Assembly: GCA_030295235.1 (NCBI GenBank)
Contig: AP026125.1
Span: 1,364,001 to 1,428,000, forward strand
Origin: Fistulifera solaris
Lineage: Eukaryota
Direction: 5' to 3'
DNA: 64,000 nt
Shown: piece after piece, positions 60,033-64,000 of the stretch
How the letters are laid out: each line of letters opens with the position of its first letter
Numbering within the stretch: the stretch's first letter is position 1
The notes under the pieces: generated by a model
What the model was told of the DNA's origin: nothing
Seen by the model: only the letters and a program-made list of their open reading frames with translations
The model's database searches: none
Program-made: the position numbers and the translations under genes

Positions 60033-60274
60033 CACCGTTCAAGGGCATGCTTGACTATCATAGACTGCTACAATTTGGGGGCATATTCAAGTTCACGAGA
60101 TTGGCAACAGGGAATAGCTTCATAACACTAGGCTAGGTAAAAGATACGAGTAGTAGAATCGATATAAAGGGTATTTTAGAGCGTGTGTAGTGGAAGACCA
60201 CTAAGAGGTAAATCGCCATGAGAACACTTTTGCTAAGAATCAGGGAGCCTTCAAATGAGGGAAAGCCACAGAAG

Positions 60275-60785
60275 GTTGACATCTCCGGGTCCCCCTGCAG
60301 AGATAAATTCCCTACCAGGTACGGCCGCTACGTAGATTACGCGTAGACATTGGAAGCGTCGTATCTTTCTACTGTTTCATGTTTCACTGTCAATCCAATG
60401 TCGATTCTTGTTTCATGGCTTGCATAAGCGATGTTGGTCATTGTTTTGTACATTGGTGTTCAAATGACGCGAAAAATGGTGTGTTCGAAATGGGACAATA
60501 TCCGGGTTGTCCTCTGTCGATAAATTTCCCTACGAGAGCTACGTGATATCACGTAGACATTCGAAGCGCTGCATCATTCGTTCCATCGACATTTTGTTTT
60601 CGAATCAATGGCGGTTGTTGCTTTTACATACAAACCCGACACGGTAAACAAGGAAATGTTGACATCTGGGCACTTATAATCCAAGAATTGAATGACGACG
60701 AAAAAACCAAATCCGGGTTCCTCTGCAGAGATAAATTTCCTACGGCGGCTACGTAGATTACGCGTAGACAAAGGGAAGCGTTCAT
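60275..60785. repeat. B-A-B copy of the A/B repeat family
   Basis: Cores start at 60285 (B), 60502 (A) and 60713 (B). The linkers align with the 46.4-46.9 kb copy. Confidence 0.93.
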
Positions 60786-60970
60786 ATATAATTTTTGTCA
60801 GACAGACGGAATTTCTGTATCTTTGTTGTTTACGGAGTACTCCGTATAGTTTTGTTGTTGGTTGCATTCAAAAATACTTTCGGTGCATTCTGTTTATTAT
60901 ATTTAAGTGTTTTTTTCTTAAAACTTCGCACATTACATCGCTATCAAGACGCTTCCTCGGCAAATTTAAC

Positions 60971-62635
60971 ATGGCCTCAAGAGATGACCAAAACCAGCAG
61001 AGAGAGACCGGCGGCCTCGGAAGCCCACTCGTCAAGCTTCCGGCCGCACCTGTCATTACAGGCGCTCGTCCGGTAGCAATGCAACAGAGCTTAGCGCCCC
61101 CACCGTCTGCTAAATCAATTATTGATCATCCACTGGCCGATATTCGTGCGGGTACGGTCGTGTCGGTGCCTCCCAGTACTGCCCCGTCACCTCGATCTTC
61201 GACGACACCGGCTGCTGCAGACATCTCACGCACAGGGCTTGCATTAACGCAAAAGCAGACAACACCGCCCGTACAAACAATGGTTGCACCGTCGCATTAC
61301 ATATCTATGAATCTTGATGAAATGGCGGATAGTTTCTTGTCGGTTGCTTCTCCTCGAACGGAGAAGGGATTGCAGCCGCTGTTGCAGCCAGAGCCTCTGC
61401 CGACGGATTTGTCCGATTTGGAACGCTTAAAGTGCTTCGTAAAAAGAAGGTCATGGGGTGATGCGTCTCTTTTGACGGAAAAGCTACTCAGGGGCCAGAG
61501 CAGTCATTACTCTCCCATTTACAATGCACTGATCACAAACTCATTCGACCAGAAGCTGCCCATCTTAGATTCTCAGCAAGACGAAATGGTACAGATCATG
61601 ATGATCCAATGCGAGGCGTGGATTAAACTGAGTCGATACGCAGAGTTAGGTCTAGAGATCGAGCGTTGGTCGTTTTGTCATCACAACGACAATACCGCCC
61701 CTTCGTGGATTCCTTGGCGGCTTCACATCATGGCTGCGTCCAGTCTTCTTTACACGTCCGACGATCCCAGTGGAAAAGAGGCAATAGATGCACTTTGGAA
61801 AATACGTCAAGATATTCCAGCTGAAAATTTCCTTTCCCAGCTTCAAGTCGAACATGCACTATCAAATTCATTCTTACGGTTAAAAGATTGGCGTATGGCA
61901 CTTTCCTGTCAAGAACGAATGCTTGACTTACTTCCTAATGCGTGTCAACAACAAGTCCAACTATCCGCGGAAACGACGAATCCTTTGGCGGAGAAAGCTG
62001 CTGCTGCTTTGCAGGGCGCTTATCGATGCGAAATCCTTTCTCAGCAAGGGAGAGTATTCTTACAGTTAGGTGCCACAAATGAGGCACGACAAATATTTGA
62101 CATGGCAAGAGACGCGGCGACTCATGGCTCTGTTGCGGAAGAGACCATGCAAGTAATGCGGCACTCTCTTGTTCCGTTCGTCCCAGCGCATATGTCTCTT
62201 AATGATGGCTTGCTAAAATTCTCCGAAGGTCAATACAACGAAGCCCTGGAATGCTTTCGGCATTGTGTCGACTTGATAAGGCAAAGGATTGAAATGAAGT
62301 CGGCGGTTGCGTCTTCCAACAGTTTTGATATGAAAGCCTTGATACCCATGCCCACAGGAGCAGCGCCGGAAGATGCTCTTTATAGTGAGGCAATCAATAA
62401 CATGTCTTTGTGTGCGCTATACACGTGTAACTTGCATGAAGCCATTTTATTGATGGAATCTTTGATTCGAGAAGACCCCATTAAATTTTTGACCGAGCGC
62501 GTTTGTCTCAACCTTTGCATATTGTACGAGCTGAGTAATGAGACATCCATGGCTGCCAAGAAGAAAAAGGTTTTGCAATTGATTGCGAAACGTTTCATGC
62601 TTCATGATATCGGGCCATCTAGCTTTCGACTCTAG
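60971..62635 (+). CDS. TRAPPC12: TRAPP complex subunit 12 (TTC15)-like TPR protein
   Basis: IPWRLHIMAA, QGRVFLQLG, NNMSLCALYTCNLHEAI, NLCILYEL...KKKVL. First plausible ATG downstream of the repeat. Confidence 0.75.
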   Translation: MASRDDQNQQRETGGLGSPLVKLPAAPVITGARPVAMQQSLAPPPSAKSIIDHPLADIRAGTVVSVPPSTAPSPRSSTTPAAADISRTGLALTQKQTTPPVQTMVAPSHYISMNLDEMADSFLSVASPRTEKGLQPLLQPEPLPTDLSDLERLKCFVKRRSWGDASLLTEKLLRGQSSHYSPIYNALITNSFDQKLPILDSQQDEMVQIMMIQCEAWIKLSRYAELGLEIERWSFCHHNDNTAPSWIPWRLHIMAASSLLYTSDDPSGKEAIDALWKIRQDIPAENFLSQLQVEHALSNSFLRLKDWRMALSCQERMLDLLPNACQQQVQLSAETTNPLAEKAAAALQGAYRCEILSQQGRVFLQLGATNEARQIFDMARDAATHGSVAEETMQVMRHSLVPFVPAHMSLNDGLLKFSEGQYNEALECFRHCVDLIRQRIEMKSAVASSNSFDMKALIPMPTGAAPEDALYSEAINNMSLCALYTCNLHEAILLMESLIREDPIKFLTERVCLNLCILYELSNETSMAAKKKKVLQLIAKRFMLHDIGPSSFRL

Positions 62636-62737
62636 GTTTTCATCTTAATTACATAGTGATATTGACACAGGTAAACAATTATTAAAATGATCTGAGCAAT
62701 TAGTCTAACTTCCCCACAGCGATGATTCAACTACAAT

Positions 62738-63554
62738 TTATTGCACGTGGCAAGCAGCCAACGCGAGATCCGCATCCGATGCACACATCTTCATATTCGT
62801 TCCATGTGAAGGCATTACCGCATCACCATGATCCAAAGCATGCTTTCGCTTTATCACTGCCTTCCACATATCCGCAGGATCGGGTCGCAAGGGACCTCCT
62901 TTGTTACCCGGCTGGTCACAGGCATGCGTCCATTCAAAGACCGGGGCAGCCTCGTGGTGCCCATAGCATACAATGCCTGGCATCACAATTCCATTCGGGT
63001 ACGCGCCGGCTTCGACTAAATCGCTCACTCCCGCTTCTTCCGGAGACATGATTTTCAAGTGCTCCAGGACAACGTCGTCAATCAAGTAATTCGCCAATGC
63101 ATTGGAGCTATCGCCCACGACTTCCGAGAAACCGCATTCTTTCGTCAGGCCCCACTGTTCATCGGCTTTCTTAGCGCCAGCCTCGCCTTCGCTGGTCCAC
63201 GCAATCAACAAGCATTTCTCGTCTTCTTTTTGTTGTGCTTTGAGGAAGCTTCCGAGGCGTTGAAGATAGTATTTGTCGTACTTACACCAAGAACCACGGA
63301 AGAGGACTAAACAAAGAATATCCGGCTCGGTGGCTTTTTCAATGATCCACTGTAATTTATAGTTCGGGCGACGAATGAAAAGAGCAGCGTTAGATGATGA
63401 AATAAATAAAAATAAAGTTTCGGTAATTCTTCAGTCGTTTACGGAAAATCAACTGTGCTCTGAGCAACGGGAAACGAAGAATATCTCGAAGGGTGACGAA
63501 AAACATTAAGTTCCTTACCTTTTCCGGGTCGGATACAAACGTAGCTTCAGACAT
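62738..63554 (-). CDS. Thioredoxin-fold AhpC/redoxin-like protein with CxxD motif
   Basis: Exon 1 (63519-63554) encodes MSEATFVSDPEK, then GT-AG intron 63350-63518, then ...LVLFRGSWCKYD...LIAWTSE...GDSSNALA...VMPGIV...RPDPAD. Confidence 0.7.
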
Positions 63555-64000
63555 GTTTTACGCGTGATTTGCAATGACAAAGCTGTCTTTCTTGTTGATT
63601 CAATTGTGTTGATTGCGTTGCAATTGCACAGCAAGGTGGCCATTAAAATCAAAGGCGGTGCGTTTTGCGGGGCTTCGATCTTTTTTATAGCATCGAGCGC
63701 GGTGATATCCGCGAGAGAAGGCCGAAATAAGCCGCAAGCCGCAAAGGACTGTGTCTTTAATGTAGTTGTTTTCTGATACAAAAAGTAAGGAGAAACGTGT
63801 TACACGGATCTTGAAAGGAAACGAAAGAATTTAAGCGATACACAGTATCCGAGCGCGACTCACCGTCGTCGGCCGGACGAGTGATGAAATCAAACACAAA
63901 AACACACGTGAACGTCTTCTTGAATGCTATTCATTCGAATTCAATGTCTCTTTAGTGAGCGTTTCTTATTAGTTTTTTAATCAATAAAAATGAAAGCATA

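Noticed and set aside
60692..60970. N-terminal extension of the TRAPPC12-like ORF (and the analogous 6478-6642 extension of PDF)
   Set aside because: Both extensions translate A/B repeat DNA, and downstream ATGs give more plausible starts.

Overview
Gene-dense eukaryotic nuclear DNA, most likely from a diatom. This is inferred from short GT-AG introns of about 60-100 nt, several signal-peptide + 'AF/GF' bipartite plastid presequences, and a chloroplast sensor kinase that keeps its His box. I can support about 26 protein genes and one tRNA-Gln(TTG). The genes include syntaxin, DOHH, a PTGES2-like GST, peptide deformylase, coronin, LPAAT, a BT1 transporter, Nup155, SulP, MCTS1, an AlkB-like dioxygenase, CSK, a DHHC-type enzyme, a two-pore channel, a DEAD-box helicase, a TFIIB-like factor, DUF1517, spermidine synthase and TRAPPC12. 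Two things stand out. (1) A multi-exon gene appears to fuse a PLP cysteine-desulfurase-like domain to a bacterial-type TtcA tRNA 2-thiocytidine synthase. (2) A dispersed non-coding repeat family has alternating A/B cores of about 50 bp, each with a conserved hairpin, phased every 210-220 bp. It occurs at four intergenic loci, one expanded into a 2.2-kb higher-order array. Several other intergenic minisatellites are palindromic or ACGT-rich. About 11 apparent frameshifts are each explained by one missing base in a homopolymer, probably assembly error. All calls are by eye and no database searches were run.
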